From Eledone cirrhosa (taxonomy: Eukaryota), in the NCBI GenBank assembly GCA_964016885.1, contig OZ024742.1:343914001-343978000 (forward strand): 64,000 bases of DNA, given 5' to 3'. A program made the position numbers and the translations under genes. The notes beneath the pieces are model-generated. The model saw only the letters and a program-made list of their open reading frames with translations, was not told where the DNA came from and ran no database searches. This document shows positions 1 to 11,965 of the stretch, piece after piece (within the stretch, counting starts at the first letter, position 1; each line of letters begins with the position of its first letter).

Positions 1-128
1 TATGCTATATACTACATTTCTAGTTTTACAGTTAATATAGGGGCTTAATTTACAGGTTATACATTTCTTATCTATACAGGGGGGTCTTTGAAAAGGGTAT
101 GTCTTGCTAATAAGTGTTTTTATGGAGG
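1..128 (-). mobile_element. Penelope-like (Naiad-type) element, linker/GIY-YIG region, runs off the window's left end
   Basis: Reverse complement matches 58031-58158 (CCTCCATAAAAACACTTATTAG...GTATATAGCATA), the Cys-rich linker/IVY region of the PLE at 54.4-58.9 kb. Confidence 0.85.
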
Positions 129-350
129 TCACAGAATGTGTGACGAAAGAACTTTGACAATATATAAACAACCATCTGGTTGTAGAACCAACCAACCAAC
201 CGGAAATTTATAAATTTATTATAATAAATTGAAGTGAAAGCAACTGGTGCGTGTGTTTCTTATTGGCAACATGACCCTCCCAAAGTATAACAATATCGAT
301 TTCAACACACCTTTTCAGATAAAGAATCTTGCTAAACAAATTCAGAAACG

Positions 351-355
<5 letters not shown>
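125..355 (+). mobile_element. Partial pseudo-LTR of the same PLE family, inverted relative to 1-128, with a 5'-truncated hammerhead
   Basis: Near-identical to 58670-58919 and 54490-54734; ends at CAGAAACGAAATAT followed by (TA)n. Confidence 0.85.
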
Positions 356-600
<245 letters not shown>

Positions 601-944
601 AAGCCCTATTAACTTTTGCGGTTCAATTACTGATAATGAAACTACTGGAGAGAATTAATAGATATTTCGCTGAGGGATATGGAACAAAGAATTGTAAAGA
701 CTCAGTTTTCTTATGAGACGGAATATACCAAGACAGAGAGATCAAAATTAACCAGAGAGATACATAGAGATAACGTAGAGAAATACATAACCAAAACTCC
801 AACAAAAACAAAAAATAATACTGCTAGGTACCGCACAAATATTACGAAGAGTACTCTTAATGAATTAGAAACAACACCCGCCAAAACGACACTGCACACA
901 AGGTGCACAGAGCTGTGCTCGGTAATGCAGTGACTGCGTGGAAA

Positions 945-1110
945 ATAATAATAATAATAATTGTTTCTACTTTAGGCACAAGGCCAGCAATTACCCAGTG
1001 CATTACTGGTACTTTATTTTATCGACCCCGTAAGGATGAAAGGCAAAGTCAACCTCGGCGGGATTTGAACTCAGAATAGCAACGGCCGTAACTCTATACG
1101 TCAAAGCACT
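945..1110 (-). mobile_element. tRNA-derived SINE (Meta/MESC-like core), partial
   Basis: Reverse complement of GAGTTCAAATCCCGCCGAGGTTGACTTTGCCTTTCATCCTTACGGGGTCGATAAAATAAAGTACCAG plus an (ATT)n tail; about 20 copies in the window. Confidence 0.85.
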
Positions 1111-1278
1111 ATCCCATCACCGCCGCCACCACTCCTTCATTGCTACCACTGCTACCCCACCACTACCTTCTGTTAACTTACGAAAGGGGAGGATGGCGAT
1201 ATAACTAGACAATATTGATAAACAAGATTAATATTTAATTTTGGATCAGGAATGTTGGAGTCGAAAATGGCAAAATGA

Positions 1279-1795
1279 CTAAACGACTACAGATTATTAT
1301 TTCACCACCAATACCACCACCACTGCCACGATGAAAACTCTGGTCAAATCGGCTCAAATTTATACCCAACTACAACACCATCACTACAGTAATACGACCA
1401 CATCACCACCACTACTAAACGACTACAGATTACTGTTTCACCACCAATAACACCACCACTACCACGATGAAAACTCTGGTCAAATCGACTCAAATTTATA
1501 CCCCAACTACAACACCATCACTACAGTAATACGACCACACCACCACCACCACTGCCTCAGTATCGCTACCGTCGCTATTCTCTCCCACTGCCTCCTACTG
1601 GTTGCTGCTAGCACAGCACCACCACCACATTGTAGAATTCCTACTAAAAGAGGACACCATTACTACAGTAATACGACCACATCACCACCACCACTGCCTC
1701 AGTATCGCTACCGCCGCTGTTCTCTCTCCCACTGCCTCCTGCTGGTTGCTGCTAGCACAGCACCGCCACCACATTGTAGAATTCCTACTAAAAAA
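1279..1795 (+). repeat. Local tandem duplications (~137 bp and ~145 bp units), CAC-rich
   Basis: ACTAAACGACTACAGATTA...ACTCTGGTCAAATCG occurs twice; CTACAGTAATACGACCAC...GTAGAATTCCTACTAAAA occurs twice. Confidence 0.8.
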
Positions 1796-2192
1796 GAGGA
1801 AGGCATCAAAATATATAGATAGACTCAAAAGAAAAAACAAAAATCAAAATCAAAGCAGCACAGCAACAACAACAAAACAAAAAATAAAAACAAAAAAAAA
1901 AACAAAAAAAAAAAAACGTAAAAAAAATAAGAATGAAGAGAGAAACAAACGAACGAACAGAGAAAGGAAGGGAAAAACTAAGTCAGACATTCGAACACTA
2001 CATTACAATGAAACTTATGCTTATTCATTTTTGGGGCTTTGTCTGCCTGTTTGTTTGTTTGTTTATTTGTGTTCGTCTACAGCGTGATAATGCCACACAA
2101 GAGCCACGTGGAGCGACGCAACCACCGGAGACGGTGAATCCACCGGTGGTTATGTAACCATACATTCGCCAATCCTCGATAAGAGTGTTTAA

Positions 2193-4750
2193 ATGTCGAA
2201 CCTAAACAGTTCGAATAACGGTGAAATGGAGACTAGAACGTCATGTGACTGACTCTCACCCAACAGGTGCTCCCTGGCTCAGCAGCAGGGACCTGGCTGT
2301 CAACCAAATACTGCTGGTGTCGGAGGAAGAAGAAGAAGGAAAGGGACCAGAACCAACTGGACGAAAGAATTGAATAGAACTGTTATGCAATGTTACCTGA
2401 AAAGTAACCCCAAGGAGAGGGGCTATAGGAAACGGATGCATAACATCTGGAACGAGATTGGTCTATTTAAATTAGATGAACAAAAATTGGCCGGGCAGGC
2501 TCGGGTAATAAGAACTAATGGGTGGATAAGCGAGCTGGAACTGGAGGAACTGAGCAGAGAGATTAGCTTGGAGATGGAGGGTGGAGTATGCCAGGCAGAC
2601 GAACCAGTGGGAAATGAAGGTGAAGAGGTCGAGAGAACGGAGGAACCACCCGAAGCAGACAATGATCTGAATACTGAGATAAATAATACATGGAACAGAG
2701 ATACGGCCACCGAGGAGATGAATGCTGACGGGTTAGGACAAGATTTGGTTGACATCCTAAATTTAGTGGTAGATGAATTGAACAATGATAGTGGGAGACC
2801 TATGAACCTAAGATTTGTAGACAGGAAAAAGTTAAAAGAAACAACAGCTAAGGTAAATAAAGTCATCCCATACCTTGAGGCGAGGAGCCTTCACCAGTGC
2901 AACAATATCCTCAAAGCAACAGCAAATACGGTGAGGAAACTACTTGGTATAAAAGCGAGAGGAAACAACAGACAAAAAAGAGCCGAGCCTTGGTGGAAGA
3001 AACGACTGAGTGGTCAAATCAGGGAAATGAGAAATGACATTGGAAAGCTTGAGTCCCCACTGAATGGGACACTAAAAAACATAGACACTAAAAATAGACT
3101 GGAAATAAAGTACAAAACTAGGAGGAAAAAGCTAAATATTATCATAGAGGAACTGAAGCAACGCATTGTAGCAAAGAGTGCAAAAATCAGGCGATACGAG
3201 AACAGAGTCAGTCAGTATAAACAGAACCGCATGTTCGACAACAACCAGAAGATGCTGTTTGGACAGCTTGAGGGGAAAGAAAGAGGCAACGACTTGATGC
3301 CTGAGGCGGAACAAACTAAAACATTCTGGAGAGGAATATGGGAGCAGGATGTTAGACATAATGACCAGGCAGTGTGGATTGAGACTGTACAGAAGGAGAT
3401 CGGTGAACAGGCACACCAACAAACTGATTTGAGTATCACAGTTGAAACTCTTAAGGGGCAGGCCAAAAAACTAACCAACTGGAAATCACCAGGCCCAGAT
3501 GGTGTGCAGGGGTATTGGATTAAAAATATAACATCCCTCCACCCGAAACTGACAACCATGTTCAATGACTGCTTGATGTCAGGTGAGGTACCAGAGTGGT
3601 TGACAAAAGGTACCACAGTTCTGATAATGAAAGACCGAATCAAGGGTAATGATGTTACCAACTATAGACCTATCACATGTCTGTCCGTAATGTGGAAACT
3701 GTTGACGAGCATTGTGTCTGAGGAAATCTACCATCACCTCCACACAAACAACTTGTTACCGGACGAACAGAAAGGATGCCGAAAGAAGTCACGTGGTACA
3801 AAGGACCAGTTACTTATTGATAATATGGTAATGGGGAATTGCAGGAGGAGACACACTGATCTTGCCATGGGATGGATAGACTACAGAAAGGCATTTGACA
3901 TGGTGCCTCATTCTTGGATCACCAAAAGCCTGGAGATCTTCAAGGTGGCAGATAACATCAGACAGATGTTGGGCAAAAGTATGAGGTCCTGGGAAACAGA
4001 GTTGACATCAACTGGAGAATCCTTGGGAAGCGTGAAGATCAAGAGAGGTATCTTCCAGGGAGATAGCCTGTCCCCTCTGTTGTTTGTCCTTGCCCTGATG
4101 CCCCTGACCAGTGTACTGCGTAAAGTGAGAGCAGGATACAGGTTGGGAAAGGGAGGGCTTACCATCAATCACCTCCTCTTCATGGACGATCTTAAGCTCT
4201 TCGGGAAGAGTGAGAAGGAGTTGGATGTGCTTGTTGACACTGTCCGTATTTTCAGCACTGATATTTGTATGCAATTTGGTATTAGTAAGTGTGGAGTCAT
4301 TGTGATGAGGAGGGGTAGGTTGAGCAGAAGTAACGGAATCCAGATACCAACAGGTGAGATGATAAAGGAAATTGACTCTGAGGAAGGATACAAGTATTTG
4401 GGCGTTCTGGAGGCTGATGGCATAAAGAACAAAAAAATGAAGGAATTGTTAAGAACTGAATACATTCGGAGAGTAAGGAGCGTATTGAAGTCACATCTGA
4501 ACAGCAGAAATGCCATAAGCGCAGTAAATTCCCGAGCTGTGTCTATTATTAGGTACAGTGCGGGAATTCTGAGATGGAATGTTGCTGAACAAAAAGAAAT
4601 GGATAGGAAGACTCGGAAGCTATTGACTATCTACAACATGTTCCACAAGAGGAGTGATGTCGATAGACTCTACCTAAGGAGATCTGAGGGTGGAAGAGGT
4701 CTTATCAGCATAGAGGACTGTGTTCAGATGGAGAAAAACAACCTACACGT
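2193..4750 (+). mobile_element. R4/Dong-clade non-LTR retrotransposon ORF (N-terminal domain + reverse transcriptase), 3'-truncated before the RLE endonuclease
   Basis: Motifs KSPGPDG, NYRPITCL, EQKGC, WIDYRKAFD, GIFQGDSLSPLLF, HLLFMDDLKL, YKYLG, GGRGL; no APE domain. In-frame ATG at 2193 with one TGA at 2250. Homology ends at 4750. Confidence 0.85.
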
Positions 4751-4826
4751 GTCTGTCTTTAACCCTTTCAAACTTGTCCACCACACAATCTCTTTCGCCA
4801 TGGCCACCAGGCAGATGAAAACTGCT
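4751..4826 (-). mobile_element. Inverted fragment of a Tx1-type ORF2 C-terminus
   Basis: Reverse strand translates AVFICLVAMAKEIVWWTSLKGLKTD, homologous to AVFLCVIAMAKEVVWWTRLKGLRSD in the Tx1 array. Confidence 0.85.
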
Positions 4827-5476
4827 TGCCCTAGTCCCTCTACCCCAGTTCCCTTTCTTTGTCGTCGTCTTTTTCTCGCCCACCCGAGGTAGCCCATCGG
4901 TCCCTTGTAGCTTCAGCACCCCTACCCCCTCCCCTATTCTATGATAGATTTGGCTGGCTCCGCTTTTTATAGCAGAAATGTTAGACTTCGGATACTCGCC
5001 CCCCTCTCCGACCGCTGTCCCTTTTTTCCGTGCCTTCTATATTTCTTAGTGGCATCTTTGCTTTAATTTCTCGTTTATCCAGTATTTCTTTCTTCTCCCC
5101 CCCCCCCTTTTTGGGGGGGGGTGGGGTGTTCCTGTATTAATTTTCCGTTCTTTACTTTTACTTCGTACGATCTTTCAAGTAGCTTGTATAAGACTTTTTG
5201 TTTCGTGGCGGTACCCTTAGAGTTAGCACTAGTATTTTTTTGCGGGACCCTGAATTATATTCTCGTACTAGTTTACTTTCTTGCACTGGGTGGTTGCTGG
5301 CCCTGTGATTCTGGTAGAAACCTTTATTATTTTCGTGGTAGTCTCTTTAGTATTCTGGCCCCCCCTTTGTTGACCCGTCACCGTACGATACACGCACTTA
5401 TACCTCGTATAAGGGTCCCTTTATTTCCGTCCCACCTAGTTTATTTCTATTATTATTATTTATTTTTTTATTCTAC

Positions 5477-5511
<35 letters not shown>

Positions 5512-5580
5512 TATGAAGAGAGAAGAAACATTTAGATATAATTAGTAATAAAATGTATCATACCTAAACTGCTCCTAGAT

Positions 5581-5670
5581 TCCTCGACTACGTAGTTTCG
5601 TGGCATAAACAAAAACAATACATCATAAAGATATAGAGTCCTTGCGAGGTCTGCCGACTTATCAAGAGGA
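5581..5670 (-). ncRNA. Type I hammerhead ribozyme motif, U3-A8 core, extended stem II
   Basis: Minus strand: UCCUC UUGAUAA GUCGGCA...UGCCAC GAAA CUACGUAG UC GAGGA (stem I UCCUC/GAGGA, palindromic stem III, GUC site). Confidence 0.7.
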
Positions 5671-5714
5671 TACCTCATTTTACTAGTCTCAAGAACGCGT
5701 CTACACGACGTATA

Positions 5715-5746
<32 letters not shown>

Positions 5747-5814
5747 TTTTATTTTATTTTTTTTAAAATTTATTTATCTATTCTTTTATTCACTTATTTG
5801 TTTATTTATTTATT

Positions 5815-6334
5815 TATGTATTTCTTTAGCCTAGCAATAGCGAGAGACTTATGTCTTAGTAACCAGATTTTGCTTTTTTTTTTCTCTCTCAGTACCTTTT
5901 ATAGTTTTACCTTTCATTGTTCTACTTACCGTTTCGACCTCCTCCCCCTCCCCAGTATCCTCTTTGACCTCACACCCAGCTATAGCTGGCACTACCAACG
6001 CATGAATGGGTCTACTCCACCCCCTCTCCCTTTTTCTCCTACCGGCAGGTTTAGCTACCCCTTCCCCCACCAATTTTCCATCACAGATTTACTACTAACT
6101 TGTGATGTGACCAATCCTGGTGATTATCTCTTTGACCATATATGGAATTACCCCTTGATAAGCTCGGCTATTTAAATACCAGAATAAATTTTCATTCAGT
6201 ACAGAATTAGCCGTCGAAACGGCTTGAGCTCAGCCGTCGGGGTCTTACTTGTTCCTATTACCCACTCTACTACCCTAAGTATTGAGTACTTTGGTGCGTT
6301 ATGGTCCACCTGGTTCCTTACCACATTTCCTTCG

Positions 6335-6335
<1 letters not shown>
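5815..6335 (+). mobile_element. PLE-type 3'UTR/pLTR remnant (family X) ending at (TA)n
   Basis: 6195-6335 is homologous to the reverse complement of 59096-59238 and to 39305-39420; carries a hammerhead. Confidence 0.6.
6150..6243 (+). ncRNA. Type I hammerhead ribozyme motif, U3-A8 core, long stem II loop
   Basis: ACCCC UUGAUAA GCUCGGCUA...UAGCCGUC GAAA CGGCU(UGAGCUC)AGCCG UC GGGGU; predicted cleavage after C6238. Confidence 0.8.
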
Positions 6336-6383
<48 letters not shown>

Positions 6384-6459
6384 CTTATATGCCAAATTGT
6401 AAAATCATAATATTATAAAATTAAATTAAATTTAGAAGTACAAGTGAACTCATTCTTTT

Positions 6460-6582
<123 letters not shown>

Positions 6583-6902
6583 CAAGGCTATTAGTATTTT
6601 GTACGTATTTATAGAGAAAATAATATATAAGTAAATATACTATACTTGAGTAAATATACTATACGGTAAATATACTATACGGAAATATAGGCTTCTGACC
6701 ACCCTGAAGTAACTATATTTACTCATATATTATTTACTCTGTATATATGTTCAAAATACTAATAGTTCCTCAATTGATATATATTGTGTTTTTATATATC
6801 GTTTAAATTGATGCTCTGAACCAACGTTCATGGAGCTTTTTTCTATTGAGAAACACAATTGATATATACTGTATATGTATCGAGTAAATATAAATATATA
6901 TA

Positions 6903-7090
6903 TAATAATTGTTTCTACTTTTGGCACAAGGCCAGCAAATACCTAGTGCATTACTGGTACTTTATTTTATCGACCCCGTAAGGACGAAAGGCAAAGTTGA
7001 CCTCGACGGGATTTGAACTCAGATCGTAAAGGGACGTAACTATGCTAGAAAGCATGGCGTCCGGCCCTCTATTGATACTGCCAATTCATT
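6903..7090 (-). mobile_element. tRNA-derived SINE
   Basis: Same family as 48408-48600; A-box and B-box visible on the minus strand. Confidence 0.85.
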
Positions 7091-7376
7091 GCTGATTTAT
7101 ATAATAATAAAAAAATGTTATCTCTGATCGAGACGAAGCGAGAGTGGATTTGAATACATATAAAAATGAGAAAACTCATTGCTAGAACAGCCATTAAAAC
7201 TGCTAAATGCTGTCAAAGGGCAGAGAGCAGTGGGCAGTGGTCAACAGAAAGACAATTGACAGTGGTTGGCAGGCAAATGAAACAATGAAAAGACTAATGT
7301 CCTCTGAGGCATTTTTACCCATCGCTCTCATTGACGATGTGTTTCTTCATTTTTATATCCATCTATCTATCTATCT

Positions 7377-10300
7377 TTGTAAAAACACACAACAACAACA
7401 TCATAAAAAAAAACGCTATTACCAACACCAACACCAAAACAACCACCACCACCACAAGTACAACGACAGACGAAACGAGCAACCACACCAAAACAAACAG
7501 ACACTCAACCAACAACAACAGAAAAAACAGAGACAACACCCCTGAAGAACACATCCCCACTCCATCCCACTCCATCAAACACTACCACAAACACACATAC
7601 CGAAACACCACCACCACCATACAACATACCCTTACCACACACACCTGACGATGATTATTCAGCGACAGATGAAGCTGCTTCTCCTTCTTTAAGTGAAGAA
7701 GAGGGAGAACGGCGGAAATCTAAAAAACAAAAAAAGAGACACCACAAAACCCCCAAAATTCAATCACCAACACCAACACACAACCACAGACACAAACAAC
7801 AACACAAACAACACCACAGTTAAACATCCCCCTATCAGCAAAACCAGCACCAACACCACCCCAAACACAAGCACCCACCATGAAAAGAATACTCCCGGAC
7901 GAATAACAAATTAAAACAACACAACAAAAACACAAACAACAACAATACGCATACATCAACAAAAACAACAAGAGTTTGATGGAGGTCATCTCCCAAAACC
8001 CCAAGGTGGAGACGGAGGGCAAAACTTTCGTCAAGGCAGAATCGTCTCCACACCTTAAATTTATAAGGGTTTCTATGGAAACCTATAAAGACCTAAACAT
8101 TAAATTTTCACAGGACGTGGGCAACCCCTGCACAAACCCATCAACCGCGTCTGTTAAAATGTTTCCCCACCCCACCCAACACCCCATCCAGCACCCAAAT
8201 GGAGATTGAACAACCCGATCTCCAGGAAACGAAAAGGTAAGTGCACCTTTCGTCCTTTTTCTCCAACTTTTCTTCACCAACATGGCTGGTTTACGAGTTG
8301 GAACCGTGAATGTGCGTGGCCTAGGGATGCCCTGGAAACAGGGCCAACTTTTAAACGACCTTAGGTCACAAAGTATGGATGTGATAGCCATCACCGAGTC
8401 CAGGATCCACAACAGGCAGCAACTAACCCCCATCTTCGACGACTTTGAGATCTACGCATCTCTCTGTCAGCCAGGAGGTGGAGGGGGAGTGGCTGTTATG
8501 TTTCGGAAGAACCTGGACGTCGGAGTACAGCAAGTACACTTGGACCCGGAGGGTAGACTGGTAGTCCTAGACGTGAACAGTATTGGAGGTGGAGCCTTCA
8601 GACTGGTGGCCGTTTATGCCCCGACCGAGCAATCGCAATCACGGCCAGACTTCTTTAAGCGTCTAGAGTCTTTTTTAGGAACGTCTCGCTCATTACTTTT
8701 AGTGGGGGACTGGAATGGTATCCTAGATGCACGATGGGACTATGTGGGAGCATGTCCCAGTAGAGCGGGGTGCAACAGCCTCAAAACTTTAATCGGCCAA
8801 TTCCAACTGGCCGATAGGTATCGACTGGATTTCCCGACTGCACCACAGTGGACGTGGGTAAACCGCAGTGGGACATCTAGATCGTATTTAGATAGGTTCT
8901 TCATTAGAGAAAGGGACAAGGAGATGTTAAGCTGTCCACGAATGCACATGGTTGCCTATTCAGATCACAAATTAGTCGTCTGCTTAGTCAACCGTGATAG
9001 AATACATAGACAGGGTCCCGGATACTGGAAGTTGAACGTGTCGTTGCCGGCACGTAAAGCTTACAGTGAACGGATAAGTAGACTAGTCAAGCAACAGTTA
9101 ACGGGAGCCATCGTCAACAATAGATGGTGGTTCTCTCTCAAGAAAGCAATTAGAATAGAATCGATAGGGTATAGCAGAGAGTTAGCCTTAGAGAAAAACA
9201 GAATAGAAAGAGAACTAGTAGCCAAGGTAGAGGAGGCACTTAGAAGTGGAAACGCGGCTAGAGTGTTAGCGTCGAGAACGGCACTGGACCAGTTCTTCGA
9301 TGCGAAACACGAAGGCTGCGTGGTCAGAAGCAAAACACGTGCTCTAGGAAACGAAGGAGCGAAAGCTGTCAGCTGGGCCCGAGTTGCGGAGGCAAAAAGT
9401 GGCAACAAGTCCACGATTCGGTCTTTGAAAGACCAAAACGGACGCGTGCTACTTGACCCCAAGCAAATGTGCGTGGCCTTTCAGCGGCACTTTGCGCGAC
9501 TGTTTGAGCAGAACGACGGTGAGCCCAACGGGGCAATGGACTTTAGTTCATACCTCGACGGCCTGCCGCGTCTCTCGAACACGGACGCCGAGTTCTGCGA
9601 AAGACCGATCACGGACACTGAGATACGGGACGCTCTGGGTCGCTGCGGGAAACGCAAGTCACCCGGTCTAGATGGTCTACCCTACGAATTTTACATAGGC
9701 ATGCCGGACTTGTTCTCTGGCGTCCTCGAAGCCGTCTACTGCAATTGGCAGCAGAACGGGAGAATTCTCAGTTCTGGAGGCAAGGGCGTAGTAACGCTGA
9801 TCAGGAAAGACGAGAACAAGGGGGACGAAATTAACAACTTCAGGCCCATAATTCTGCTGAACACAGAGTTAAAGATTTTGGCCAAGGTGCTAGCGACGAG
9901 GTTGGCGCTTGTCGTCGAGAACCTGGTAGTGAAAGCGCAAACGTGTGCAATCTCGACCAGGTCCATACATGACAACCTCCACCTCATGCGATATATCATA
10001 GAGAGGGTGGGTAGTAAACCCGGCTTCGCTGGGGCTCTGATCAACTTGGATCAGTCTAAGGCATTCGATAGGGTCGACCATCGATATTTGGAAGCGGTTC
10101 TCAAGGCGGCCGGTTTCGGTCCCGTGTTCAGAGGATGGATCGAGGCGATGCATACCTGCATCTGCTCGAGGGTCAAGGTGAACGGCTACCTATCTGAGCC
10201 GTTCGCAATCACGCGTTCCATTCGACAGGGGTGCCCTCTCTCCTCCATTCTATATGTATTTCACTCTAGAGCCACTACTGCGGAAATTGGAGCTGTTGCA

Positions 10301-11953
10301 GGGCATCCCCCTAGAACCGGGACTGCGCAAAGCGGCGTCGGCTTATGCCGACGACGTAACGGTAATGGTGTCGAGCACCTCGGAAATCGGGGTGATCGGC
10401 AACTTACTGAAAGAATACGAAACGCTGACGGGAGCAAAACTAAACCCAGACAAGTCTGTCGGTTTGCAACTTGGTACGTGGAGAGGCAAACCGATGACAT
10501 CCGACAGCGTCCTTGGACACTGGACGGACGGACCGGTGAAATTGCTCGGGGTCTGGTTCGGTCCAGACCTTCAGGTGGAGAAAAACTGGAACGAGGTCAC
10601 GGCCAAGGTGTTTGCACTCACTCAGAAGTGGGCAGAGTGCAAACTGTCCTTGAAAGGTCGAGCGGAGGTGGCGAACACTTTCATAGCGTCCGTCATCTAC
10701 TACCGCTTGACTGTCGTGCCTTGTCCCCGTGAACACCTCGCCAAGATGGAACGCATGCTCTTCCAATTTCTGTGGAAGAAGCAGGCTCCGCCGGTGAGGA
10801 GATCCGTCTGCTGTCAGCACCCTTCCAACGGAGGGCTGGGAATGCCGTGGCTGGTGATGCGCAAACATGCGCTGAGGCTGCGGCATCTCTAGCTATTCCT
10901 CACCGACCCCCAACCGGTGTGGGAACCGTTTGTGAGACAGGCTTTTCCACAGCTCGTCTCGCTAACGGAGCTGCAGTCCTGGGTGAAGAAAAGACCGAAA
11001 ACGATGGGCGCCTGGCACATTGAATGCGCTCAGGCGCTCACAGTCCTCTGGCAAGCGGGCGCAGCAATCAGTGGAGACTCCACTTCGACATTCTATAGAG
11101 GGATTGTACATTACAAGGGCGACGACGTGCTCGGAGAGACTCTGGGCGTCGAAGACGATGAGCTCACCAGTCTGTTTGGTAGGACTTTCTGCCCGGGACC
11201 TATGGACAACTTCCAGAGGTCCCTGTCCTGGCAGTGCTCCCGAGGAGCTCTACCGGTTCGTGACAAGATCTACAGGCACGGCAGGGATCCTTCCAAGAGG
11301 ACGTGTCCAAGATGTGCGCAGGACATTGAAACAGTTCTGCACGCAATTGTACACTGCCCGGGCGTAAGCGACTTGTGGAACTACGCAGAACAACTGCTGT
11401 CGCGTATGGGACAAATCCAGTTGACTGCCGAGTCCATATTAAGGATCAAACAGCCAGCCTCTTTCAAAAACGAAAGAGAGGCGGTTTTCCTCTGTACGGT
11501 GGCTCTGGTGAAAGAAGTTATATGGTGGACGAGGTTGAGAAGACTGAGGACAGAGGCCTTTCTCTCCGGACAACAATTGATTCCCTTCTTTAAGTATCAC
11601 TTTAGAAGGAGAATCAGGGTGGAGAGAGAGGCACTGCACCCCAGTAAATTTACTGAAAGGTGGGTGAATGAAGCGAAAATGGCCCGAGTGATTGGGCCTT
11701 CTCTGTTTATAAGCCTGTAGGTTGAGGAAGAGAGCAAAAGGAAGAAAGGAGCACTTGCACAACACGCTCCTGGAGTTGAGGGTTGTTCTATCGACGGGGT
11801 ATTAAACAATCCATTTGTGGCGCCTCCCTCCTATTGAGGATTTCGATTGTTGAAATTGTTTGTTTTTATATTTTTTACACGACTGTATGTAAAATCCCCG
11901 GCATGTCTTTATATTGTTCCCTTTTCTTGTGCGCCCTTGTGGCTAATAAAGAA
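7377..11953 (+). mobile_element. L1/Tx1-clade LINE, subfamily A copy 1 (5'-truncated in ORF1)
   Basis: Preceded by (ATCT)4 at 7361-7376; ORF1 tail ends MEIEQPDLQETKR* (TAA 8238-40); ORF2 from ATG 8282; 3'UTR ends AATAAAGAA(ATCT)3. Confidence 0.92.
8282..11720 (+). pseudogene. Tx1 ORF2 (APE endonuclease-RT-CCHC), frameshift near 10260 and stop at 10890
   Basis: NVRG, GDWN, YLDRF, SDH (APE); KSPGLDG, NFRPI, LDQSKAFD, QGCPLS, YADD (RT); CPRC...H...HC. Confidence 0.92.
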
Positions 11954-11965
11954 ATCTATCTATCT

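Noticed and set aside
602-933. 84-aa ORF at 679-933
   Set aside because: No recognisable motif; probably a TE remnant, not classifiable.
2085-2192. HDV-like ribozyme in the R4 element 5'UTR
   Set aside because: TCCTCG is present, but P1, P2 and P3 pairings could not be built by eye.
11721-11805. Conserved coding exon after the Tx1 ORF2 stop
   Set aside because: The reading frame is not conserved between subfamilies (1-nt indel in B, immediate TGA in C); conservation is better explained by RNA structure.
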